A DNA stretch of 64,000 nt from Auanema rhodensis (taxonomy: Eukaryota; Animalia; Nematoda). The stretch lies in the NCBI GenBank assembly GCA_964057225.1, contig OZ059896.1:16492001-16556000 (forward strand). Direction: 5' to 3'. The position numbers were made by a program, and so were the translations under genes. The notes beneath the pieces were generated by a model. The model was not told the origin of the DNA and did not search any database. It was given only the letters and a program-made list of their open reading frames with translations. Below, piece by piece: positions 27,901 to 39,269 of this stretch; the stretch's first letter is position 1, and every line of letters begins with the position of its first letter.

Positions 27901-30900
27901 AATAAATATAAAATATTTATTGTATAAATGCTCATAAGCATAAAGTTGCAAAGTTAAATAAAGTTTAAATGAAAAATAGAAGTTCGGGGACCACTGCTAA
28001 CTCTCTTGTACTTCTAATTCTTGTCCATTTCTTTCTCTTTAACCCCTTCACTTTCTTTTCATCTATCTCTCAAACGTTTCTCCGATTAAATGACTTAAAT
28101 ATATTTTGATCTACGTATATTTAAATGTTTTTTATTTAAAATTACGTTTGTTTTAAAGAAAAATTTACTAGCTTTCTGCTCTCAATTCTTGAAAACTTGT
28201 CATTTACATGACAACAAGCTTTGTCCTATATAAACTTTCCGGACAGAAACAACAAGAGACAATTCTCCAAAAAAAAAGAGATTTCTTCCTCGTCCTACAA
28301 TCAATTTTCCTGTCCGTTTGCTTTTGAGCAATTAGTTAGTCAGTTCAGTCAATGAAGCTTGAACCTATGTAGCAGCTTGTCTAATAAGCTTCTATTCCAC
28401 GATCTGCTTTCTTTTTGTAAAAATGCGATCAAGTGGAATGCTCCCTGAAAGCTGAATCATAGTATGTTGAGCTCATAATTCACAACTGCTTCTGATTAGA
28501 TCAGCGTTTCATCCTGTTCTTGTCTTCATATGAATTTTAACGTTTTTTTTCTTTTTTATGCTTTTGTTTAAAACAAAATATGTCAAAACATCATTTCTAC
28601 CATATTCAGTGTTTTCATTTGTAAAATCTTTGAGTGCTTGTTTCTAAATTGAAATTCAAGAAACAAGCATTTACTTATCCGGAAATAAAACACAGACCAA
28701 AAACAAACAGATTGTCAGACGGTTTCTGCTCTTTCATCTAGCTGTCAACCATTTTTCCAGAATCTCACCATATTATCTTTATCTTTGCTTTTCTTATACA
28801 ATTTTCTAATAAAAAAGGAAATGAAATAATGCCTGATTGATGACGAAGACAAACGCTGAAGAGGCAGTTTGTCATCTGATGTGCCATTTGTAAGCCTGTT
28901 TCTGGATATGAAATATTCATATCCTGTAAAATTAAAAGGAGAGGGTATACTGTCTTGAGTTCTCTCTATTAAGGCTTATACATGTTCTTCAATTCAATTA
29001 ATCATATATAAACATTTATACATTCTCTTATTAAACGTTTGATCACAAAAGTAATAATACGTCCAACATGTATGTTTCATAGTTTATTCTTGTATACACA
29101 TGTTGATGACATATCATCAATCAGCTTGTTTATAAGTTTCTAAACTTAAAATGATTTGTCGATTTGATATACAAATCATATGATATTAGAAACATTAAAA
29201 TATTTCAAACCACATTTGTCTAATCATCATATTATTATTCGAAACTTGACATATGAGTAAGCCTACCTTCCTTTTTCCTCTCTTCTCTCTCCCAGATGAT
29301 TGAGAATGATATGAATAGCCATCGTATTTGTGTTCGTGTGTTATTTTGGGTTTTCACAAACCAAACCCCTCGCTACCTGTTTGTTATTAATAAGAATAGT
29401 TAAAAATATTATGTAATAAAGTACTTATTACTCTACATTATACTTCCATTTATATCAAATATTCTCTTAACTATTACATATAATTAAATATATTATTATG
29501 TATTACTTAGTAAGATAGATAGTTCACAAATGTATTGTTAATGTTATGCAAATGAGTTGCAACGCAGTCAGTAACAATGACATGATTATCGATTCTAACA
29601 TCGTCAGAAACACATTCACTACACTCAGCAGGACAATGTAGACAAGCAGGCTTGACCTCTTCCTTCATGTATCTATCCATCTAGATATCTCACTCAGTTC
29701 CACTCACCCCATCCTTCTTATCCATTGCTCTTCTCATTCTGTCTACGCATTACCACCTCTGTATATACCATACTTAACACTTTTACAACAAAAAAAAGCT
29801 CAAGCTTGCTAGATGACCTACATCTAACATAGGCTTCTTTGTCGTCCTTTTTTTTTGCCTAAACATTCTATTATGCAGCTCTTCTTGTATGGTTCAGTTG
29901 AGTTTATTATTATGAATCTCTTTCCTTTCTTGTTTCCTATACATTTGTATTTGTTGAAAATGTTTGAACACAAACGCTTGTGGATATGTAATTCAGATCA
30001 TTTGTTGCCCAAACTGGGAAAAATATTTTCAAGTATTTGACGAAAAGTTTCAACATCATACCTTTATCTATCCATCATCTTACGTTTTTCATATATATTT
30101 AGCTATCTACTCAACTAACTTTCCCCCCCCCTCTCTTTCTCTCTCGATATTAAAGTTTTCCACTTATTTCCCAGCCATTAACACTTTTTCTTTGCTTTTG
30201 TTTTTATCTATAAAAGCTAGAAGTAAAGAAGATACCATTGTTTCTTTTTCGTCTCCGAATGAAAAAAAAGTAAATGGAGCTCTTCATTTGATATAACCTC
30301 TTTCAGAATATTTCAATGGAAGTATTGGCTTTCGTGAGAATAAAACGATTTTTTTCCTTTTTTTCCTCTTATTTTGCCTTTTGATATCAAAAAACAAAAA
30401 TCATCAGAAGAATGACCATCTTCTTCAGTTAATATCCCTTTAGGATTGAAAACTTTTTGAAAAAAATGATATGATCTTCAAATATTGAATATAAGGAGAA
30501 TGGGAGAGTCGAAAGAATATAAGCAACCAATCATTTCGTGTAAATTGTTCTAAATGAAATGTGTTCATTCCAATTTACGTGATTTACGTGAAAATATTTT
30601 GTGACTTTATAGCGTGTGCTATTCCTTTTATGTATCAGTTTTTGGCTTTTTATTCATATTTTCTTAAATAAAACGCATATTTCAATCAAATTTCTCATAT
30701 TTCTAGAGACATAATACAATATATATAAGAAGTAATATTATAAAATACATATGTATATGTATGTAATTATTATTTTTTTTTATTTAGAAAAAAAAGTGAA
30801 TGATGCTAATGGCAATTGATCTTTATGTAACTGAGAAAAAGCCAGATGGCTATTCAGCCTCATCAGAAATGACCAAAAAAAGCAATTTGACTTCTAACCC

Positions 30901-32943
30901 ATCGCTTTTCTTTACTCCTTTCACATTCTCCTACGCCTTCACATCTCCTCCTCCTGCTTCTCCTCCCCCTCTTCTCCCGTTCTTCATTCTTGGCTTGTGC
31001 GTGTGTGAGCCCCAAGCCGAAGCCCAAGACAGACCCGGTTCCTGAGAAGGAAATGACAAATGTGTTTGACGAAAAATGCTTCTCATTCTACACATCTTTA
31101 TGATCTTCTAAATTTTGTTCAAGAGTGAAGATTTTTTTCTTTTCACCCTTCGTTTTCAGTTCATATAAATAGACTTTCTCTTTCTCTTTCTCTCACTTTC
31201 ATAATTTTGAACTGAAAGCAAAATAAAAATCATTTTTTCATTGAAATTTTGCAGATTTCTAGCGTTCATAATTCGATTGGCTTACATTCGAGCGAATAAA
31301 GCAATAAATCCATGAATTAATCAAATTTTTTTTGCGTTTATATTACAAAACGATTTGAGAAGAAGAATTTATAATCAAACGGAGCAAAATGTTCAAACAT
31401 TGTCGACAATAATCATCACAAACATTGAATGATTTTCAAACGAGAGCTGACCAATATGAGATATGCGAATACTTAGACGAGTTCGGCCGAATTCAGATCC
31501 ATCAAAAACATTCAAAAATCAAATGTACATGAACAAACTTCCTCTGATGATGTTTTGCTTTTTTTTTTTTGAATTTTTCATTTCAAATAATGTTATTCCA
31601 TAATATGTTGAAACGATCAGTTTGCTGCTTCTCTTCAAACTCAATGATGCATTTCTTTTATTTCGCTTTCATGCTCAACGAATTTCTAATTTATTTATTT
31701 GCAAAAAAAAATTTAATGCCTCGTTTCTCTATTTTTTAATTTTTCAATCAATAGCCTAGGATCAGATGTGTGTTTTGAAAATTTGTATGTGAGAATTCGA
31801 CGGTTAACTGAATGAATAGGATGTGTATGGGATGCCTTTTCGGTATACTATGATTCACTTCCCCGTTTTGGCTGCTTGATTTAATCCTCAATCTCTTTAT
31901 TCACTCTGTATTTTCCTTACTTTTCTTTACAATTCATCTCCTGTTTTCTAGATATTAGACTATTCACATTCACCTTTTTCCATCTTTGTTCCTTTTTTTT
32001 GTCTTCCAAACCTTTTGAGCGATAAGTCCGTACTGCTAACAAAGTCTAAACAACACATCTAATTCAACAGTTCATACTCTCTTCTTTTTTTTATTTTTTC
32101 CAAGTACTGACATGTCCAAAGCTAGAGACTGATTGTTTCCTCTTTAGACTTTCAGATTTTACATCTACCAAACACACTATCTTCAATGAATTTTAGTAAC
32201 TCCTCAAAGTTCATTTTCATGACGTTCTCTCTAGAGTATAGCAAATATTCGTCCGTCACATTGGAAACATCAAAATATGAGCAAAATCTGAATAAAATTG
32301 CCATTTTTTAGTTTTCTTTTTGCTTTTATACGTGTAAACTTAAATAAATTTAATAATTTTAATATTATAAATACATTATCTATTCATATAATCTTAATAT
32401 TATCTGATTGATATTTCAATTCTCAATTTTGAACGTTGTAGAGACATATGTAGACATTTAGGCATTTCTTATCATATTTGAAAAAAAAATTTTTTTTTGT
32501 TATTTTTCCTTTCTGACAAAGTACTTTGTTCTGAAAAACTATCTTTTACTATTTATTTCACTTCAATAACTAAACAGAAGAGGTTATCCATATACATAGA
32601 TATAATCAAAATCACTTCAAATCCACCACAATTCCCCCTCTTTCTCTCTCTCTCTACTTATCTCTCTATATTCCTCTCTCTCTATGTTCCTCTCTCTCTC
32701 TTTCTCAGTTTTCATTTTGTAAATCCCATATTGACTGTAATTCTTGTCTTGTCATTTGAGCTTGACTCCTCACATGTTTTGTATTTCTAAGTTTACAAAC
32801 ATATTGTGCCTCAAGATTTCAGATGTGTAAATTCTAGTGCTCTTCGATAGCATATTGCAATCTTATCTATGCGTTTTCACATTTTTTTTTCAAAATTTGA
32901 AAAAATCAAATAAGCTTTTACTTATATTTTCTGTTTTCAGAAC

Positions 32944-35713
32944 ATGTTGGCTGCTCCAGCCATGATAAACTTATCGTCACAGTTAGCTGAGCTAAGCTTG
33001 GATCAGAAAAAAAGTGATATATTTCACAGTAACGTAAGGAAAATCATACGTACATACACATACTTAATATGATTATGATTTAAGGATATTATCATTGGAC
33101 AAGATGGTGAAGTACTGTCTGGTAGTCTAGAAGCACTACTTAAACGCTTAACACCTACAAGGGACTTCTCACCTGATTCAGGATATATCTTCTCACTTCT
33201 GGTCAATATTCGAACTGTCATTAGTCCAGAAGAAACAATGCAACGTATTGTACAGGTAAATTCAAATAATTCATATTTTGAAGATACATTATCCCATTCT
33301 GAGAATTTTCTTTCAAAAATTTATCTGAAAATCTCTTCTTGGCTTTATTATTAAGGAAGGTTATCTGCATGAACTCTTTTTTGCTCTTGTTCCTTCTGTT
33401 GTTCAACAAACTAGAACAGAGCAACATTACTGAACAATAGGCTTTTCCCACGCCACGAGTATCCCACTGATGCCTCAGGGGGATTGTGAGCATGGGGTCA
33501 GAATAAGACATAACCCACCATCAATTCTTAAGATGTGTGACAATCAATTGAATGAAAATATGGTCCCTAAACATCATATATCTGAATTTATAATTTATAA
33601 GTTGCTGTACAATTTAATTTAGCATTCTGCCAATTTTGCTTTGACAAAGAGAAAAATTAAAGCATATGTTATGCTGGCTTCACATGGTTTATAGTCGTAC
33701 GGCTAGACGTAAAGCATAATACTTTGTTAACTAAACATATTTTTGAGAAATTTTTCATTGAAACGGAATGATAAGTTGCATTAGTAAGTTGAAGAAAAAC
33801 GAAACCAACTGGACAGACTTAAATTTATGTACATATGAATGTTAGATACATGTAGATAAATGTCTATTTACATGACTAGTACTTACTTCATTTCGTATTT
33901 TTTACATTTTTAAATGTTGAAAACTCAAGATTAACAAAGTTTATATAGATAGTTAAAGAGAGAGGGAAAGAATCCTGCTGGAAAAGCATAGTAAATGTGT
34001 ATTTGTTTCAGAATTCTATGTTTTCGGTCAACTCCGATTCATGCAACTTTTCAAAAGAGCATAGAACACGGCTGTTTGCTCATATTCTTCGATTATGCTC
34101 AGAATGGGCAACATCCATACCGTATGACTTCAGAACAGAGCAAATGAGAACAAGGTAAATCGCTTATTTTGAATTAAATGATATAGATTTGAAAAAATTA
34201 GCATAAAAACATTATTCACGTGAATATACGTCAAAGTGTATAATATAACTAATTAATGCTTGAAAACGGTTGAAATAAACATATAGTATTACACGGATTA
34301 TATTAATTTTCAATTTGTTATAGATTGAATGAATTATTGGGAATGTGTAGTGTTGATCAGAATAATAAGCTTAAAGCTCAAGAAATTCAGTCAAATCTAC
34401 GTAGTGCGGTAGGAGACTTGAAGAAAATTTATCAAATATTACTTATTTTTTCAGTTAAACAAGTTAGAACGTTATGAGAAAGCTGTAGCAAGTTTACATA
34501 AAACATTGGCTGAAAGTCCTCAAGTACCTCAACAACATGATGCATTGGTAAGTTGTCAGACATCAATATCGCTGACGATGCTTACTTCCAGGTTGGCTTG
34601 GCAGCTTTTTGTCCTGATCCCAAAGTTATAGCTCAACAACTGACACACATTGAACTGGTATACTTAAATAATTAATAGTATCTTATTCCATTTTTTTGCA
34701 TTTCAGGAGAGATTCAGCATGGTTGGGGTCGACGAAATTGTGAATTCTTTGGATACATGTGATATCTCACAGCTCGGACGATCTAAGTCATCATCTGCTT
34801 CCATCAATACAATTTCTTTCTATGTTGAATGGTTCAACCGTTTGTCATCATTTTCAGCCACAGAGGTAAGAAGATCTTATTCACCTCATTTTCATCTGTT
34901 TTTATTCAATGAATTGTAGGTTTTACGACAATCAAAACGTAAAAATCGTGTTCATATGCTGGAGTTTCTGATTGATGTTGCTCGTGAATGCTGTGAAATG
35001 GGAAACTTTAACAGCTTGATGGCTATTGTTGCTGGATTATCGTTGCCACCTATTGCAAGATTAAAGAGAACTGTATGTTTGATTATCAATATGCCTTACT
35101 GAATAATGTTATTTAAAGTGGAATCGTGTTGATAAAGCTAAGCTAGACATTTTACAACATCAGCTTGATCCATCTGGTAACTTCTTATCCTACAGAGCTA
35201 CTATGAAAGCAGCTGTATGGCGAGCTGATTCAGCTCGCAGACCAGAGCAAAAGGTTTGTTTAACTGAATTCTATATCATATTAATATAAATAAGTTTCAG
35301 ATTGTTGTACCATTCTTTGTATTACTTTTAAAAGATTTGTATATGATGTTTCATAATAATTCACATACTTTACCTAATGGCCATATCAATTTTTTGGTAA
35401 ATTTTTCATTTTTCTTTTATTTTTATTGATATAAATTATAAAATATTTATAGGCATATACTCAAATTGCTGAACAGTTACATAAGATTCTTGTATGGAAA
35501 CGAGCACCATGTACATTCCAAAAAAATCCTCAGGTTCTACAATATCTTTTAGTATCACCAGTATATGGTGAACGAGGTTTGTTCTTCTATTAAATTAAAA
35601 ACTTTAATGTATTCATATTTCTAGAATCGCAGTTGGTTTCATTTGATTTGGAACAACCAGAGAATAGCAGTGAACGTGAGCTATTAAAGCGACTTCGTTT
35701 GGCAAATAAATGA
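32944..35713 (+). CDS. Ras guanine-nucleotide exchange factor, RasGEF1/very-KIND-like (REM + CDC25 domains); 12 exons: 32944-33033, 33085-33255, 34012-34154, 34324-34408, 34455-34547, 34592-34657, 34707-34865, 34920-35072, 35119-35253, 35301-35396, 35453-35576, 35625-35713
   Basis: REM motif SGSLEALLKRLTP and EWATSIPYDFR. CDC25 motifs IAQQLTHIELERF, YVEWFNRLS, GNFNSLMAIVAGL, IARLKRTW, DPSGNFLSYR, IVVPFFVLLLKDLY and LPNGHINF. All phases are consistent. Confidence 0.95.
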
Positions 35714-36125
35714 GAAGAATCCATCAATCATATCATGTTTTCCTTCTGAATATCTGCAATTCAATGTCTCTCACTTATCATCTGATGTATTCGTGTTCTT
35801 TCAAATACTCACAAGGAAATATTTTGATTGATAATCTTTATAGAAGATCTCATGAAAGAGTTTTTTGTTTGTTTTCTGGTAGTCTTTTTGATAGTCTCTC
35901 GTTATTTCCGGATATTTTCCGGTAATTCTACAGATAAACTGATTACATATTCTGAAAAAAAGTTATACATATATACATTCATTTATATATATTATAACTT
36001 TTTTTTGTATATATTACTTTGTATAAAATTAAACTTTTATTTTCAAAAAACTGTTTATTTCATTATAAATAATTACAAATCATATAGTTTTCCTTTTCTG
36101 TTCTCTCATTCAAGATGATAGTCTT

Positions 36126-37619
36126 TTAACCCAATCTGCAACCAGTTGTAATGTAAGTGAAACATATCTGTTTTGATATAAAAACTCACCTAACTCCGAA
36201 TCCCGGTCTGCGACGTCCAGGTACTATAACTTCTACTGCAGGACGAGCCCTTGGAGCAATAATAATAGCTGGAGGTGGACGAGGAGCTGCAGCAATAACA
36301 ACTGTAGGTGCTGGACGAGGAGGTGGAACATAGACTGTAGCAGGTTGTACCACTGGTTGAGCTAAGACAACAGTTGGCTGAGGTTGTGAAACTACATAAG
36401 TAGCTGGAAAAATATAAATGTATAATACAAAACAAAAATGCAAAACGACATTCCCATGCCGGGAATCGAACCCGGGCCGCGTGGGTGAAAACCACGAATC
36501 CTAACCACTAGACCACATGGGACACATTGTAGACACAAAACAAAAGTTCTATGACTAAACAATCAAAGCTTACGTTTAGAGGCAACAAAGTTGAGAAGTC
36601 TAATAGAATCAGCACGGATGTCACCATGAACACTGACAGATTTAACATTCATTGGGCTTTCACGATGGCTGAAAGCACAGAGATAGGCACCATTTATGGA
36701 GACCTATAAAAGAAATTATCATTTTAGGAGGAAATATGAATTGATGTTGAAGTTGAAAGAAAAGTAAAAACTTACAACATATCTGTCATAATATGATTTG
36801 ATGGATATATTAACATATTGATTGAGAACAATATTATTAGCATGACGTTCTTCTCTTTCCCATCTAAAATAAGAATAAGTTGTAAAATATGTTTTAATAA
36901 ATAAAAACTTCAATAACCAACCTTCCACATCTGTTATTGTTGAGGACAATAACACGTTCAGTTCCAGGTACATATCCCAAACGGACATTAAAATGGAAAG
37001 CTACTCCTTCAGTTGATACGTATTCAATGACAAATCCACTGAAAAAAATTGATTTTCATAGAGATTTTCATTTCATTTGAGCTTGATCTTTTCATACATT
37101 CTCACAAAGATAAGCATAAAACTTTCATATTAAATATAGCTATGAAATTAATTAAATCAATATCTCTTATCATACTTTCTAATTTACGACAATCGTTGTG
37201 ATACAGTATTTTCATTCACGGCTTCTGGATACTAAAAACATTTCAGCCAACAATGTGTTATCAATACTTATAATCAGCATGATGAAATTAGTGAAATACT
37301 TTCAATTTCAAAGATTTACATATATGTTTTGAAGATGAAACGTACTTCTGAGTACCAGAATATACAGTCCCGGAGACCACTAATTCAGATCCATCGTTAG
37401 CTCCTCCAGCAATTGGAGCCGAGAATGGCAGATTCTGAATATTTGAATCATATACACATCTAAAGAAATGATGATTTTCTATGATTTGGTTAACCTTTAT
37501 TGCATATAAATTCTTGAACAAATCATCTTAAATGAATAAAACTTCAAAAACTGCTTCTAAAATATAAAATACATAAAAAAACTTACAGGGAATTCATAAA
37601 CGTTGTTTGTAGCAGCCAT
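36126..37619 (-). CDS. Galectin, single CRD with Pro/Val/Ala-rich C-terminal tail (lec-8/9/10/11-like group); exons 37619-37587, 37434-37346, 37038-36922, 36863-36776, 36703-36574, 36403-36190, 36135-36126
   Basis: Galectin motifs AFHFNVR, VIVLN, WEREER, VSINGAYLCAFSHR, VHGDI; tail PTYVVSQPQPTVVLAQPVVQPATVYVPPPRPAP... The last 54-nt intron is optional: spliced it ends RLG* at 36126, unspliced it ends R* at 36186. Confidence 0.92.
36451..36522 (-). tRNA. tRNA-Glu (anticodon TTC), inside intron 5 of the galectin, same strand
   Basis: TCCCATGTGGTCTAGTGGTTAGGATTCGTGGTTTTCACCCACGCGGCCCGGGTTCGATTCCCGGCATGGGAA. Perfect 7-bp acceptor stem, A box, CGTGG/CCACG anticodon stem with TTC, GGTTCGATTCC B box, and TTTT runs just downstream. 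Confidence 0.98.
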
Positions 37620-38131
37620 TTTAGGGAATCGTCAAACTTAAACGTTAGCAAACGATTCGACTGAGCAATCTAACCAAATACGTTCTTATCTCCTAGCAAT
37701 ATAATAAAAAGATGAATCAGGTGCTCTGATAATCAAAAACGTTTTTCGTTTTTATTTGGAAAACGGGGTACAAGACTATGGAGTACATTCAGAAGTTTTA
37801 TTCATTGATGTATGAAAGACTGATGATCAACTCAAGATGAGATTTGAGGACATTTCGGATACTGAAACTTCATTTTTGGAACATTTGGGTTCAATATGTC
37901 TAGTTGTTCATTATATACAAGATGCACAGTATTCTGTATGTTTCACTTAATGTATGAATATGTAATATAAGTATAAATAATTTGATGCAAGTCGTTAATG
38001 TGTTTGTGAAATAAAGATTGAAAACCAGAAAATTTATATATATATTATATATAGATCTATACAAAGGAACAATTTAAAACAACTTAATATATATAAGGTT
38101 TGGTTATTCAAAAATGATTATATGAAATAAC

Positions 38132-39269
38132 TTAATGATGTCCGTGATGGTGATGATGATGATGTCCATGACGGCCAGTTTCAATTACAACTACAGGTCT
38201 AGATGGTCTGATGATTGGTTCAACAATAATTTCTTGACGTGGTGGTGGTGCAACAATTATTGGTGCTGGAGCAATCAATTGTGGAGCCATCATTGGAGCA
38301 ATACCTACCCCTCCTCCGATTTGGATTCCACCCCCGTTGTGTCCGTGGAAGTGCTCGAAATGAATCTTAGAGACGCGAACATCCCCACTGATGGCTAAAG
38401 CACGAATGTGTTGAGCTTCATGATGATGACGGATGTGGAAATGGCAGAGATGATTTCCATCAACGTGTACAGAGAAGTGATCGTGATGTCTGGTGATTCT
38501 CAAGTGGAAGTGGTGGTGGAAGCGGAAAACTTGGCAATGTCTCTCCTCCTTTTCCCAACTAAAATAGAAGTTGATTAGTAATTTGGTACCAACTTGATAT
38601 AACTTACTGTCCATGTCTCAAGGTGTTCATGACAATGTGGTGTTCATGTCCATATCCATGGGACATACGGTTAGACATATGAAGAGCAATGCCTTCATGA
38701 GTCAAGAGCTCAACAACGAATCCACTGAAAAGGAGGAGATATGAGGTAAGAACAGGGAGAATATTTTATTTGATTTTAAGAATATTGGATGAGATAGTTC
38801 GAAAAATAGAAAAAAATATGAAGAAATTATTATTATAACTATGCATACATATGTTAAAAATTAAAATAAAACTATTTAGTTATCTTTTTATCAATCATAT
38901 AAAATTAAAATTTTATATGGTAAAATGATAATCGTTTATTCGTTTTATTTGTTTGATTTTTAGGTTTCATATGATCTGAATTGTGATTATAAAATTAATT
39001 TCATATTCTGATTTCTAGATCATATTTTTCGAAATATTTTAATGAAAAAGTTTGAAAAGTTTACTTGTGAACTCCTTCGACTGGTTCTCCATGAATGTCA
39101 ATGGTGGCATCATGATTCATACCTCCATAGATGGGGGTCTCCATTGGGATTGGCTAAACATTGAAAGGTTTATTAGAAAATTTCAAAAAATTCTAATATG
39201 ATGTTGAAATGAAATGAAATGTAATGGAAAATGAGTTATAAAACATACTGGGTAATCGATGATATGCAT
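38132..39269 (-). CDS. His-rich galectin, single CRD with Gly/Pro-rich linker and poly-His tail (lec-10/lec-11-like); exons 39269-39249, 39153-39065, 38724-38608, 38558-38132
   Basis: MHIIDYP|PIPMETPIYGGMNHDATIDIHG...|GFVVELLTHEGIALHMSNRMSHGYGHEHHIVMNTLRHGH|WEKEERH...VHVDGNHLCHFHIR...ISGDVRVSKIHF...GRHGHHHHHHHGHH*; about 217 aa. Confidence 0.92.

Noticed and set aside
30800-31045. 81-aa ORF as an alternative RasGEF first exon
   Set aside because: No convincing in-frame donor; the middle is CT-rich low complexity.
33490-33525. sbRNA/Y RNA-like GTGGGTTAT...CCCAT on the - strand
   Set aside because: Lacks the GGTCCG...CTTGACC outer stem and the oligo-T terminator.
38135-38398. + strand Met/Trp/Asn-rich ORF (likewise 53923-54117 poly-Leu)
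   Set aside because: Antisense shadows of the His/Pro-rich galectin exon and the poly-Gln exon.
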